30,340 bases of DNA. Source: a virus. Its lineage: Duplodnaviria; Caudoviricetes. The stretch covers positions 1 to 30,340 of IMG/VR virus record IMGVR_UViG_3300028586_000738. The stretch is one strand, 5' to 3'. This document shows positions 16,701 to 25,541 of the stretch, piece by piece. How positions within the stretch are numbered: position 1 is the stretch's first letter; each line of letters opens with the position of its first letter. Position numbers and translations under genes: made by a program. Below the pieces are notes generated by a model. It saw nothing but the letters and a program-made list of their open reading frames with translations. It had not been told where the DNA came from and did no database searches.

Positions 16701-17038
16701 CAGGAACGGGAACAAGCGATAGCATCCTGGCGCGCCTTTCAAACGGTGAGTTCGTGATGAGGGCTGCTGCAGTTCAGCACTATGGGCCAAATCTATTGCG
16801 CCAACTGAACGAGCGGAGGCTTCCCAAGTACGCAACAGGCGGGTTGGTATCGCCACGCTTGATGCCCGACGTACCGTCGCCTGGGGCTTCCATTATGCAG
16901 CAGGTCAACCCCCCGCCTTTAGAAAGTATGGGAACGGTCGCGCTGTCAGTGGGCGGCGAAACGTACAACTTGCAGGCGCCTAAACAGGACTTCCAGCGTA
17001 TTTTGCGAAACCAGCGGCTGAAATTCGGAAAGACTTGA
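13712..17038 (+). CDS. Tail tape measure protein
   Basis: 1108 aa, helical and Ala-rich; ITQFSQALGSGVLRGEEFNSIAEN tape-measure domain; C-terminal GPGTGTSDSILARLSNGEFV motif. Confidence 0.95.
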   Translation: MRDIELRLTADLDDATKEVAGFRKEYGEMVKVVEKPLRQVNAFRDLESNVEKTGRAMQDARERVRQLGAELARAETPSRKLQETYRASVRDLERLGRVEAQQVTQLNQMGAGLRAAGLDTRNLAAEQTRLSAAYNKALAAGRADTSLNSAKSALGAGAVRETQSELVRLRQQYALVKSSGELSARDLGIAQDNYRRKVSETLARLREMRAVNAVPVKTVPVVADTARQSLGINQLKALRLQLAFLTADYQRLTRSGVLSATERAVAETQYRRKIEETRQSIAALSGEERRRSRPSAAPSGGGMSENLTLAGGGLSAIAVGAAYLRTTDAAKKMEAQLKLTTSSQEEFNEAQRATFEIAQRNQAPLADVITLYSRLQPAMAQMGRGQKDTLAVIDAVTQSLRISGATASETGSTITQFSQALGSGVLRGEEFNSIAENSPRLLRALAEGLNVPTGALRNMATQGQLTADVIVDTLLGQLPKLTAEAQKLPETFGGALTQLNNQLTISTKLFDDWAQISAKATNGIKTFTAAIAALNSGEFGDFFRKDKQSIAGFNNEIGVVMARIRDLQNVRSGLKSDSDTSLFQWKFWDRKEIDAEVSALKRHIAEMSTERDKLATDQGLSNAEQDKLAADRLASAQKSARDLKDVQTKLVTDTEAALKAMVSAEKAAASDLEKAKAAQLKTQEKYSKALSSLGSGAGGDGSYASAQSLKIGARQALQRGDVESAKEQANAALDILKKLADSGENTYGFAGFIKELQGIEAAADGINVEKAQNSLEQAKQKTEELKAKLDGLKSVVITPTMSEDALAKVRKQIRDLKILIGQQLDIPVDVVPSSQMQAMAMQTPSVSFPTTDGAATVVPETPVTVVPPKTSSQAKKLTYQPGTSSYSAQDTVMPVQPVVEEDAYQRMVREVAARGRVPVPVEPTVPEGSISDVQVPVTPELDQTAASVAISQVAAIAAKMKESLTVQMTVLGPAAANVSGSDPDVPQFARGDMVRGPGTGTSDSILARLSNGEFVMRAAAVQHYGPNLLRQLNERRLPKYATGGLVSPRLMPDVPSPGASIMQQVNPPPLESMGTVALSVGGETYNLQAPKQDFQRILRNQRLKFGKT

Positions 17039-17061
17039 GGTTGGGGCATCAACGTCACGGA

Positions 17062-17070
17062 TGATAGATT
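17062..17070 (+). promoter_or_regulatory. Putative extended -10 promoter of the moron
   Basis: TGaTAGATT 25 nt upstream of the moron ATG; strong GGGAGG SD follows. Confidence 0.4.
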
Positions 17071-17095
17071 GCCACTTTCGACAGGGAGGTAGCTT

Positions 17096-17392
17096 ATGGA
17101 GTATTTGATCATCTGGGTGGCGGTAGCTTGTGTTTCCGCCTGGTACGCGAAGCAGAAAGGACGCAGCGTCGGCGCTTGGTTGCTGCTCGGTTTTCTACTT
17201 CATGTCGTCGCGTTGATCATCCTCTGGTTTCTCAACCCTATCGGTATCGATGACGCCAAGAGTCAGGCTATTGCCCGCAAATTTGGGGTCTCGGCGCGGT
17301 ACCGCAAGTGTCCTCAATGCGCCGAGCTAATCCAACGGGAGGCGCTCAAATGCCGTTACTGCCAAGCCCAGTTGGAACCCGTTCCCGACTGA
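17096..17392 (+). CDS. Moron: 2-TM membrane protein with C-terminal Zn ribbon
   Basis: Two hydrophobic helices flanking AKQKGRS; RKCPQCAELIQREALKCRYC; own SD and terminator. Confidence 0.85.
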   Translation: MEYLIIWVAVACVSAWYAKQKGRSVGAWLLLGFLLHVVALIILWFLNPIGIDDAKSQAIARKFGVSARYRKCPQCAELIQREALKCRYCQAQLEPVPD

Positions 17393-17410
17393 CAATGCAT
17401 CAACAATCAG

Positions 17411-17432
17411 ACCCGCTTCGGCGGGTTTTTTC
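17411..17432 (+). terminator. Intrinsic terminator of the moron
   Basis: ACCCGC-TTCG-GCGGGT followed by a T-run. Confidence 0.8.
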
Positions 17433-17448
17433 ATTTCTGGAGTAACGG

Positions 17449-17958
17449 ATGAGCCTTCCGCTGATCATGCTGGGGGGCATCCCCATCGTTCTGGATGCCG
17501 GCGCACCGGATCAGTCCGACAACCCGTTGCTGGGTGAATCCGTCATCCGGCTGTCCGGTGGCGAAGGCGTCAAGATGACCCACTGGGGCAAAGCCGCCGG
17601 CACCATCAGCGGCCAGGGTTGGATGCCGCCTGGGTTGGATGGCCTGGACTACAGCCAGCCGCTTGAACTGCGCCTCACCGCGCAGGAGAGCATGGTGAGC
17701 AATGCGCAGATCCTCGTGCTGCCCAGCACTCCGCGCGACGATTGGGCGCCCTGGGCATTCGCTTTGGTCGGGGCCCGATGGGTCGAAGCGCCATGCGTGA
17801 TGGATGGCCTGGTCGTGACGATCGAGAAGATGGTCGGCGCCACCAAGTACATGGCGCAGTGGATGCCGGTCTACAACGTGTTCGCCAGCAAGCCTCCCAA
17901 GACGCAGAGCTCGGGCCAAGGCAGCTTTGGCTGGACCATCGCCTGGGAAGAGGTCTGA
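17449..17958 (+). CDS. Tail tip protein (distal-tail-like)
   Basis: GGAG SD; first structural gene after the tape measure; ends WTIAWEEV. Confidence 0.6.
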   Translation: MSLPLIMLGGIPIVLDAGAPDQSDNPLLGESVIRLSGGEGVKMTHWGKAAGTISGQGWMPPGLDGLDYSQPLELRLTAQESMVSNAQILVLPSTPRDDWAPWAFALVGARWVEAPCVMDGLVVTIEKMVGATKYMAQWMPVYNVFASKPPKTQSSGQGSFGWTIAWEEV

Positions 17959-19769
17959 TGCTGATCAACGGATTGCCGCTCAATGCCGCGGCGCTGGGTG
18001 GCCTGCAGGGTGATTCCAGTGCAACTCAGCCACTACCGATTGTGCCGGGCCGGGCGTTCCGCTGGCGGCTGCGGGTCACCGTAGGCGGCAGTGATGTAAC
18101 CGCCAGGCTCACCGGCCAGGTGCATGTCGACCGCGAGCGCGGCGCTGCCGGCCTGGCGGACTTCACGCTGCAGATGGATGCGGGGCCTGTAGTGCCGATG
18201 GATTGGGTAGGGGCCGAGGTCGCGATCGACTACATCAGCACTGCCGCGGGTGTCACCAGCGAGAAGCGCCGCTACACCGGCCGCATCGTCACCACGGAGT
18301 GGGGCTCGCTGGCCAGGCTGCTGGTGTGCCATTGCGGCGATCAGCTGCAGCAGCGCGTCGAGGCGATGAGCACCGACGCAGTTGAGGCGCTGATCCCTTC
18401 CTACTGGTCAGACGAGGTGTTCGAAGCGGTAGACGGGCGCAGCCGATGGGACTATGCCCAGGAGCGTTTGACCTCTGTGCAAGGCAGCCTGGACTCGTCA
18501 GCTACTGGCGAGCTACGGCTCACCAGCTGGTACGCGGGCAACATCGACTTCACGTTCGGGGGCGGCACCACGGTCTACGACTCGGTTGCACTGTCCTATG
18601 CCGATCTCACCAGCTTGACCAACACCGTCGAGATTGAAGCGAACTACCGTTTTCCTCGTCTGCGCCAGCTCAACGAGAACTTCACCTGGGTGCATCCGGA
18701 TACCAACGGCCTGGGCGGGCTCAGCGGGTTCTGCCAATGGCGGCCCGACAGCACAGAGCTCCCGGATGTGACCATGGTTCGCGATGCAGTCACCGGCAGT
18801 GGCCTGAGCCTGGTGCGCAACCCCGGCTACAACCGAGTGCCGCTCAGTGCCCCTGACCCGTGCGGGAACGGCCAGCCTTGGGTGAACAACTACGCCGACC
18901 TGCTGCTGGCGGCCTCGCTCACGGGCGGCCGCCGCTGGAGCCAACCGGTAACCGAGAAGTACACCCTCAAGGTGGTGGCCGAGACCAGCGTCGCGCAGGC
19001 CGGTGAGGTGATCGCCAGGGAGTCCTTGTCGATCGAGTACACCAACGACCTGGCCGATGGCTGGGAAAGCACAGCATTCGGTATTGATGCGCCCCGGCCT
19101 GCGGCGCCCGGCACTGGCAATGGCGTAGGCGGCAATGGGGCCGGCGGGGTCGGCGGGGCCCCTGCGCAGGATGGCGGCGAAACCGGACATAAGGACCAGC
19201 GTGATGAGGCGCAGCGCCTGGGTGCTTTCCGGTGCCTGCTGCATCAAGCCAAGACCTCGATCATCCAGGCGCACAGCGGGACCCGGGTCAGCTGGGAATC
19301 GCCGACCAGCATGGTGATGGACGTCGATCTGGTGCACACGTTGGCGATCAGTGACCAGGGCATCAGCGCAGCGGCGCGGTGCAGCCATATCTACGACACG
19401 TTTGACCTGGCTGGCGGCAGTGCCATTACCACCCTGACAATCACCGTCATGCGTGGTGGCGGCACCGCCGAAGATGCGCTCGAGCCGCCGGCCGCCTTAG
19501 TCGAGCCGCAACCTGAGCCGGATGGGCCTGACCCCATAGGGCGGAGCCTGCCGACCCAGCTCGGCGGCAAGAGAGGCGCGCCGGCATACAAGGAAGACCT
19601 CGATGGATTCGCGGGCAACTATGACAACGCTGACCCGACGCTGGAGGTATTCCCCCGGCGTTTTCAGGTGACCTCGATCGACATACCCGAAGAGGACACC
19701 GACGAAAAAACCGTCGATATCGCGGCGACCTACCGGGTCGTCATTCCCAACGACCTTCTGGAGTTGTAA
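17958..19769 (+). CDS. Tail tip/baseplate hub-like protein (about 603 aa)
   Basis: TGATG coupling; MLINGLPLNAAALG start; VTVGGSDVTARLTG...RYTGRI hub-like N-terminal region. Confidence 0.6.
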   Translation: MLINGLPLNAAALGGLQGDSSATQPLPIVPGRAFRWRLRVTVGGSDVTARLTGQVHVDRERGAAGLADFTLQMDAGPVVPMDWVGAEVAIDYISTAAGVTSEKRRYTGRIVTTEWGSLARLLVCHCGDQLQQRVEAMSTDAVEALIPSYWSDEVFEAVDGRSRWDYAQERLTSVQGSLDSSATGELRLTSWYAGNIDFTFGGGTTVYDSVALSYADLTSLTNTVEIEANYRFPRLRQLNENFTWVHPDTNGLGGLSGFCQWRPDSTELPDVTMVRDAVTGSGLSLVRNPGYNRVPLSAPDPCGNGQPWVNNYADLLLAASLTGGRRWSQPVTEKYTLKVVAETSVAQAGEVIARESLSIEYTNDLADGWESTAFGIDAPRPAAPGTGNGVGGNGAGGVGGAPAQDGGETGHKDQRDEAQRLGAFRCLLHQAKTSIIQAHSGTRVSWESPTSMVMDVDLVHTLAISDQGISAAARCSHIYDTFDLAGGSAITTLTITVMRGGGTAEDALEPPAALVEPQPEPDGPDPIGRSLPTQLGGKRGAPAYKEDLDGFAGNYDNADPTLEVFPRRFQVTSIDIPEEDTDEKTVDIAATYRVVIPNDLLEL

Positions 19770-19772
19770 ACC

Positions 19773-20225
19773 ATGTCAGAGACCGAGCGGCGCGCCTTGG
19801 GCGTTGCCCTGGAGACGAACCGGCGGGCAAGTGGCGCTGCCATGGAATCATCCCGGCGCGCAATTGGCCCGGCAATGGAAGCGGAACGCCGCGGCTCAGG
19901 GGCTCAGATTGCCGACGACATCCAGCGCCTGGGTGGAGTGCAACGCCGAAGCACGACCCTGTCGCGGATCGAGCGCCGCGGTGGGATCGGTGGGCAGACC
20001 GGATCCGGGGTCTGGGCCGCTCCCAACGTCGGCACCGGGGGTGGTATCGCCAGCCCACTTACCGAGGCCGATTACACCAAGCGCGAATACTGGCCAGACG
20101 GAATTCTCAGCAGCGATGGCCTGTTCAACATGCCGGCGCTGAAAACCTTGGTGATGACCGACAACGATGGCGCGAGTGTCACCGTCAATTTCGCGAAGCC
20201 GGTCACGCCGGCGAAGGTGCCATAG
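19773..20225 (+). CDS. Tail-associated hypothetical protein
   Basis: GGAG SD; GGGIASPLTE motif; within the tail operon. Confidence 0.65.
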   Translation: MSETERRALGVALETNRRASGAAMESSRRAIGPAMEAERRGSGAQIADDIQRLGGVQRRSTTLSRIERRGGIGGQTGSGVWAAPNVGTGGGIASPLTEADYTKREYWPDGILSSDGLFNMPALKTLVMTDNDGASVTVNFAKPVTPAKVP

Positions 20226-20666
20226 ATGCGCTTCATCAATAACTGGATCACCCAGCTGACTCAGCCCATGGCGGCCGCGGCAACCACGCTGCCTGTGCCA
20301 GGCGCAGCGCTCTCGCGCCTGGCGGCCGGCACGTACTTGCTCACGCTGGTCAACTCTGCGAGCGCACTGGACCAGACCCAGTGGGAAGTCATCGAAGTGA
20401 CTGTGGCCAATGGCGTAGCAACTGTCAGCCGCGCTCGGGAAGAAACCACTGCACGGGCCTGGCCAACCGGCACCTTGATTTATTGCGGCGTTACAGCCGG
20501 CACTCTCAACCGGTTCGCACAGACGATTGAATCGCTCGTCGCGCGGGTGGCGGCACTCGAAGGCGGGGGCGGCGTTGATCCGGAGCCGTCCGATGGCGCA
20601 CTTACTGACCCTGCCGGAAGCGCTCTTACCGACCAGGCACAGAACACCCTCGTACCGGCGGCCTGA
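20226..20666 (+). CDS. Tail-associated protein
   Basis: MRFINNWITQL...WEVIEVT...VSRAREETTARAWPTGT..CGVTAGTL motif; abuts the previous stop. Confidence 0.7.
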   Translation: MRFINNWITQLTQPMAAAATTLPVPGAALSRLAAGTYLLTLVNSASALDQTQWEVIEVTVANGVATVSRAREETTARAWPTGTLIYCGVTAGTLNRFAQTIESLVARVAALEGGGGVDPEPSDGALTDPAGSALTDQAQNTLVPAA

Positions 20667-20697
20667 TCCCCGCCGCCTTGATAAAACGGACATTCCA

Positions 20698-21510
20698 ATG
20701 GCAAACGTTCAGCACACTGATAGCGGCACCACCGATCCACAGGTCGCACCGCCGAGCATTGGCGCCCACTACACCAATACGGCCAGCGGTCAGACTTGGG
20801 TCGCCCATGGCACGGCTCGGGTCGAGGATTGGGGTAGCCCTCTCCCTGGGCACGCGCTTGTGGCGACTGGCAATGAGCTGGCGCTCAACCACAAGCAGCC
20901 GATCACCGTGTGGCGGCTGACCCCCGGGCAATTCAATCCGCTCCTGGTCCTGCCCGATATCACCGAGCCCGGATTCTATGAAGTGCTGCTGGTGCTCGAG
21001 AACACATCCGGTGTCGAGTTCGAAATCAATGTGATGGGTGGCGGCAATATCGAGCGGATGGACAGAATACTGAGAGTTGCGACCAGTTCTGCCACCGCGT
21101 ACCGCTTTCATTGCTGGGTGCCACTCGAATCAGTTGGGGGCTCTAATTTCTGGACCTTGTCAGATCGCACTTATCATGTTGAAGGTAGTGATTACATCCC
21201 GAGATCAGATAATACGTCGCTCACAATTGCCGGTGCTGACAGGAAGTTTTCATGGAGTTTCAACAATACGCGCTCCGCTGACCTCATCCTTAAGGAAGTA
21301 GGTAATAGCAACCGTATGGATCCTATAGTTGATGTCGAACTTTTGATCCTAAACTTCACCGGGGGAGTTGTTACGATCACAGTTGACACGGCTGAGGGTT
21401 ATCCGCTGAAAGACGTTACTCAAATCATAGTGCAGCCCAATACTGGGCAGCGTTACACGCTCACTTTCTGTCGCAGCAGATGGTCGGTGGCCAAAATACA
21501 AGAGGTTTAA
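20698..21510 (+). CDS. Putative tail adhesin/minor structural protein
   Basis: ATG 20698 after GGAC; PQVAPPSIGAHYTNT N-terminus; beta-rich C-terminal part with lower GC. Confidence 0.6.
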   Translation: MANVQHTDSGTTDPQVAPPSIGAHYTNTASGQTWVAHGTARVEDWGSPLPGHALVATGNELALNHKQPITVWRLTPGQFNPLLVLPDITEPGFYEVLLVLENTSGVEFEINVMGGGNIERMDRILRVATSSATAYRFHCWVPLESVGGSNFWTLSDRTYHVEGSDYIPRSDNTSLTIAGADRKFSWSFNNTRSADLILKEVGNSNRMDPIVDVELLILNFTGGVVTITVDTAEGYPLKDVTQIIVQPNTGQRYTLTFCRSRWSVAKIQEV

Positions 21511-21519
21511 GGGGGCGAG

Positions 21520-23040
21520 ATGGAGCGAACGTTGGTTTGGCCTTGGCATGGCATGATCACCGCCGAGACATTACAACTTCCCAATGGCGCTACCCGCCCG
21601 ACACAAGAACTGTCGTTTTCACCCGCCAATGCTGCAGGGCCCGGCGACAATCACAGAATTGTAGTGGAAGGGGTAGCGCCTATCTCTGACGCCGAGGCGG
21701 CGCAAGCGCCGGCTGGCGGCCAGTACTGGTCGGGTCGAGCGCTTGTTACCTCGGGTCGGCTTTATGAAAAGGAGATTGGTTGGCTATATCAGGCCTTGGA
21801 TGGTAGTCGCTGGTCGGTGACTATGCCGATCCGCAATATCCAGCCAGCCACCTCAACGCTCCGGCTTACATTCAAGCGTTTTGGCGAGTTCACCAGAGCG
21901 CCGGAGTCGATAAATCTCACTCAGCAATTTCAAGTGGGGTTGCTGTCTGAAGATGATCGGAAGTTATATTTCGCTGATTTTGGAAACAGTCAGACTCACT
22001 CTATACGCCTGCATAGCGTGAGCGACACAGGCCGCACAGCTATCATTTCATGGTGTATATCGAACGCGGGAAATGGCTTTGATCCCCATGCTCGGCCCTA
22101 CACTTATCTGAAAGTCTCGCTGACTGGAAGTGGAAGTGAGATCGCCGCCAGCTACGAAATTCTGTACGACAAAACCCGAGTGCGTAGGGATGACCAACCG
22201 ATAGCGATAGAGGACTACGGCTTTGCTGTAGATCCAAGCCGGAACTGGGTGGAGACCAACCGTGAGCCCTTTGGGGATGGGGGCCCCAATTCAGGAACCC
22301 GGTATTTCTACGACTACGTGCCAACCACGACGTTGAAGGTCATGAAGGGGGATGACCTGTTCCCCGGTCCAGTCTCGGTAAACAGGCGTCAGACCTGGAT
22401 ACCCTTCATTTCTTTCCAGGGTGAGACCCCTGTCCCGTGCACTTTCAGTTGTGTGTACCGGGCTGAGCGGCCAATGCCGGTCATCAACGTAGTGACTGAC
22501 GAGCAGGTCGTGCACCTCATATACACCGACGGGCACGGCGGTGTTGAGAACGACGGCAAGTACCATTTTGAGGGCAGTACCGCCGCCGAGGGCGCACTCA
22601 CAATCACGATCGCTCACGGTGATTACCGCTGGACCAGGTCTTACACGTTCTCGTCGCAAAGCGTATTGAATGACCTCGTATACACCACGGCCTATTTCAA
22701 CGGTGAGCAGCTTCCGAACATCGGTACCGGCTGGGCTGGATTTGGAATCATAGCAACGGGCGAGCTGTGGGCGGACGTTGGCCAGTTTCGACCGTCGGTG
22801 GGGGTCAGCATGGCTAATGTCAGCGACGTGACCTACTTCTACCTGTACAGCAACAACTGTCTGGCCCTGGCCACTGTCACCGATTACCCCAAGCACAAGT
22901 TCTATGGGGCGATTACCCCGGATGGATTTATTCCACCAGTGGGCGAGCACCCGACTGACTTCAGCCCTCACTTCGGTAGTTATCACCCTTTCACCGGTCA
23001 ACTGATGCTGGGTTCTTCCAAGCCGGTCAACTGGATCTAA
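21520..23040 (+). CDS. Putative receptor-binding/tail protein (506 aa)
   Basis: AGGGGG SD; WPWHGMI...LQLPNG start; aromatic, beta-rich, with atypical codon usage. Confidence 0.55.
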   Translation: MERTLVWPWHGMITAETLQLPNGATRPTQELSFSPANAAGPGDNHRIVVEGVAPISDAEAAQAPAGGQYWSGRALVTSGRLYEKEIGWLYQALDGSRWSVTMPIRNIQPATSTLRLTFKRFGEFTRAPESINLTQQFQVGLLSEDDRKLYFADFGNSQTHSIRLHSVSDTGRTAIISWCISNAGNGFDPHARPYTYLKVSLTGSGSEIAASYEILYDKTRVRRDDQPIAIEDYGFAVDPSRNWVETNREPFGDGGPNSGTRYFYDYVPTTTLKVMKGDDLFPGPVSVNRRQTWIPFISFQGETPVPCTFSCVYRAERPMPVINVVTDEQVVHLIYTDGHGGVENDGKYHFEGSTAAEGALTITIAHGDYRWTRSYTFSSQSVLNDLVYTTAYFNGEQLPNIGTGWAGFGIIATGELWADVGQFRPSVGVSMANVSDVTYFYLYSNNCLALATVTDYPKHKFYGAITPDGFIPPVGEHPTDFSPHFGSYHPFTGQLMLGSSKPVNWI

Positions 23041-23069
23041 CCCCTCTTTTGAAACAGGAGCAGCCAGCC

Positions 23070-23813
23070 ATGCAGCCGGCCCGCCAAGACCTGCCCGTCG
23101 TTCCGGGCGCAACGTACCGCGACACGATCCGAATCATGCAGCCGGTGTTCGTGTACCGGGATATCACCGGCATTGCCGGCGCACCGGTGGTGCTGCAGGT
23201 GCCCGATCACGGCCTGGCCTCGGACTGGCCAGTGTGGGTGCGCGGCGCCGTGGGGATGTCGGACCTGAACCGAGAACCTCAGCGCCAAAGGCCGCACACA
23301 GGCAAGCGTCTTGATGACGAAACCATCGAGATCAACGCCCTGTCTGCGGCCGATCTTCGCCCCAAGGGTGGCCAGCTCATCTACCGCAAACCAGTTGATC
23401 TATCCGCTGCACTGGTCTCCATGGAGATCCGGCACGGCGACGACTTGGTGCTGCTGCTCGGCATTGGCGCCGGCCTACGGGTTTCTGCTCCCGGCACCAT
23501 CGAGCGGGTCATCACCGCATCACAAACCGAGTTGCTCACAGGCGACGACCTGACCTACACCCTCGACGTCATCTATGCCAATGGCCCAACCACGACCCGC
23601 TATTTCACCGGCGCCGTAGGTAAATCAACCTGCTGTGAGCCTGGCGAACAACAGATCGTCACCACAGGCGAGCAGGGGCCTCCCGGCCTGGGCGCGGCGG
23701 AGCTGAGCACCGACCCTAACAACCGCCTGACCTTCGGCCGAGACCTGAAGCTGTACGTCTCCGACGACCTGATTCCCGACCCGCTGGCCTACTACATACT
23801 TGCAAAAGGATAG
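23070..23813 (+). CDS. Tail fibre base/adaptor protein
   Basis: AGGAG SD; MQPARQDLPVVPGATYRD, PVDLSAALVSMEIR, short collagen-like GEQGPPG and DPLAYYILAKG. Confidence 0.65.
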   Translation: MQPARQDLPVVPGATYRDTIRIMQPVFVYRDITGIAGAPVVLQVPDHGLASDWPVWVRGAVGMSDLNREPQRQRPHTGKRLDDETIEINALSAADLRPKGGQLIYRKPVDLSAALVSMEIRHGDDLVLLLGIGAGLRVSAPGTIERVITASQTELLTGDDLTYTLDVIYANGPTTTRYFTGAVGKSTCCEPGEQQIVTTGEQGPPGLGAAELSTDPNNRLTFGRDLKLYVSDDLIPDPLAYYILAKG

Positions 23814-23817
23814 AACC

Positions 23818-24330
23818 ATGTCCCTGGAAACGAAGATCATCGCACTAGCACAAGCTGTGGGCGCTGATGTGAAACTGCTCAAGGCTAATACCGGCGATCT
23901 GAGCGCACTTCCGACGAATGCCAAGAACAGCATCGTTGCGTCTATCTCCGAACTCTATGCGTTGCTGGGAGGGGCGGGCGCCAAGATCGATGATACAGCC
24001 GGCGCCGGCGCCACCTCTGTCACTTGGTCGGCAGACAAGAGCACACGCTTCGTTGCCAGCGCGGTATCTTCCCTACGCTCGGAATTGACCGATGGCGCTG
24101 CTGCGGCGCTGGACACTTTTGCTGAGCTCGCCGCCGCCTTGGGCAACGACCCAAACTTTGCTGCCACCATCGCAACCGGCCTTGGTAACCGTGTGCGCGT
24201 CGACGCGGCTCAAACATTCAGCACCGCTGAGAAGGCCCAAGCACGCACCAATATTGGTGCCGTCAGTAGCGCCGATGTCGGTAATACCGAGCATGATTTT
24301 GCGGCGGACTATGTCGCCGCCAAGGCATAA
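23818..24330 (+). CDS. Tail fibre protein (short)
   Basis: AAGGA SD; GDLSALPTNAKNSIVASISEL and GAAAALDTFAELAAALGNDPNFAATI fibre motifs. Confidence 0.8.
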   Translation: MSLETKIIALAQAVGADVKLLKANTGDLSALPTNAKNSIVASISELYALLGGAGAKIDDTAGAGATSVTWSADKSTRFVASAVSSLRSELTDGAAAALDTFAELAAALGNDPNFAATIATGLGNRVRVDAAQTFSTAEKAQARTNIGAVSSADVGNTEHDFAADYVAAKA

Positions 24331-24333
24331 GTC

Positions 24334-25158
24334 TTGAGCCTGGTCGCGCGGGTTACCGCGCTTGCTCAAGCGATCGCAGCAGATATCAAATCGCTCACGT
24401 CGGGAAAGGTGGACAAGGTCAACGGCAAGGGTCTCTCGACCAACGACTACACGGCGACTGACAAGAACAAGCTAGCAGGTATCGCGGATGGCGCTCAGGT
24501 CAACTCTGTTACGTCGGTCGCCGGTCGCGCGGGCGCTGTCACCTTGGCGAAGGCGGATGTAGGCCTGGGCAGCGTGGACAACACTGCTGACGGCGCCAAG
24601 CCGGTGAGTGTGGCGCAGCAGGCGGCCCTGGATGCGAAGGTCAACACTTCGAATCCGGTCGTTACTGGAAACATGTCGCTTTTCACGCAGTCGAGCTTGA
24701 GCGCAGGAACTAGCTCTGCTATCAGCGTTGGCCGTACGCGCGGCACATCTCTTTCTCCAGATCCGGTGCTAGCAAACGACCGACTTGGTGCATTCCAGTT
24801 CCAGGCTCGCGGTTCAGATGGACTTCTATATACCCCGATTGTGCTTGAAGCCTATGCCGCTGAAGACGTAGGGCCGTCTGGCGCGGGCAGTCTTTTTCAA
24901 TTCGCGACGACTAAGTCCGGCTCCGCAGCCCGATCCGTAGCATTGCAAATAACCAGCGGCGGCCAGGTGGCGATGCCAGGCGGTTTTTACACCAACATGC
25001 CAGGGAGACCAGCCCAGTATACGCTGACCACTCTGCCATCTGCGACAGCCTATAGCGGCTATGAAATAGACGTCACCAACGCCACCGGCGGCCCGAAGCG
25101 TTGCCGCTCGAACGGTACGAATTGGCTGATCCTTAACACAACCACTCCTGTGAGCTGA
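24334..25158 (+). CDS. Tail fibre protein
   Basis: TTG start; KVDKVNGKGLSTNDYT and VTSVAGRAGAVTLAKADVGLGSVDNT fibre repeats. Confidence 0.8.
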   Translation: MSLVARVTALAQAIAADIKSLTSGKVDKVNGKGLSTNDYTATDKNKLAGIADGAQVNSVTSVAGRAGAVTLAKADVGLGSVDNTADGAKPVSVAQQAALDAKVNTSNPVVTGNMSLFTQSSLSAGTSSAISVGRTRGTSLSPDPVLANDRLGAFQFQARGSDGLLYTPIVLEAYAAEDVGPSGAGSLFQFATTKSGSAARSVALQITSGGQVAMPGGFYTNMPGRPAQYTLTTLPSATAYSGYEIDVTNATGGPKRCRSNGTNWLILNTTTPVS

Positions 25159-25162
25159 CTTG

Positions 25163-25513
25163 ATGCCTGTATACAAAGAAGAGACGTTTAACTACGAAAT
25201 CCTGCTGCGGTTCGGCGACACCGGCCAGAAGAAAGGCCAGCTGACCGGCGCGTCGCGAACCACCATCACGCAGACCACCAGAGACGGCATGCCTATCTCG
25301 ACCGTTATCAATACGCCCGAGCAGCTTGCATTAATTGCTGGCGAGGAAGGGGAACTGCTCTCCAAAGTGCTGGGCGATGTTAACTCTGCCACCATCGTGC
25401 TGAACGGCCAATTGCAGGCCAGCCTAGCCGAGGTTAGTTTCATAGCAGCAGAGCAGATGAAGCAGTTGGCTCAGCTCCGTGATAAGCTGCAAATTACAAA
25501 CCCTAATATTTAA
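25163..25513 (+). CDS. Hypothetical protein, possible fibre assembly factor
   Basis: Follows the fibre gene; YEILLRFGD motif; 3' end becomes AT-rich. Confidence 0.6.
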   Translation: MPVYKEETFNYEILLRFGDTGQKKGQLTGASRTTITQTTRDGMPISTVINTPEQLALIAGEEGELLSKVLGDVNSATIVLNGQLQASLAEVSFIAAEQMKQLAQLRDKLQITNPNI

Positions 25514-25541
25514 TCAATGTAAGCAACATCGGATGGTTGGC

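Noticed and set aside
17742-17957. N-terminal extension of the hub gene
   Set aside because: Overlaps the preceding gene; TGATG coupling at 17958 is the more plausible start.
20698-25158. Diversity-generating retroelement or invertible fibre cassette
   Set aside because: No reverse transcriptase, no adenine-specific repeat pair and no inverted fibre segments or flanking inverted repeats seen. The endolysin repeat mismatches are not adenine-specific.
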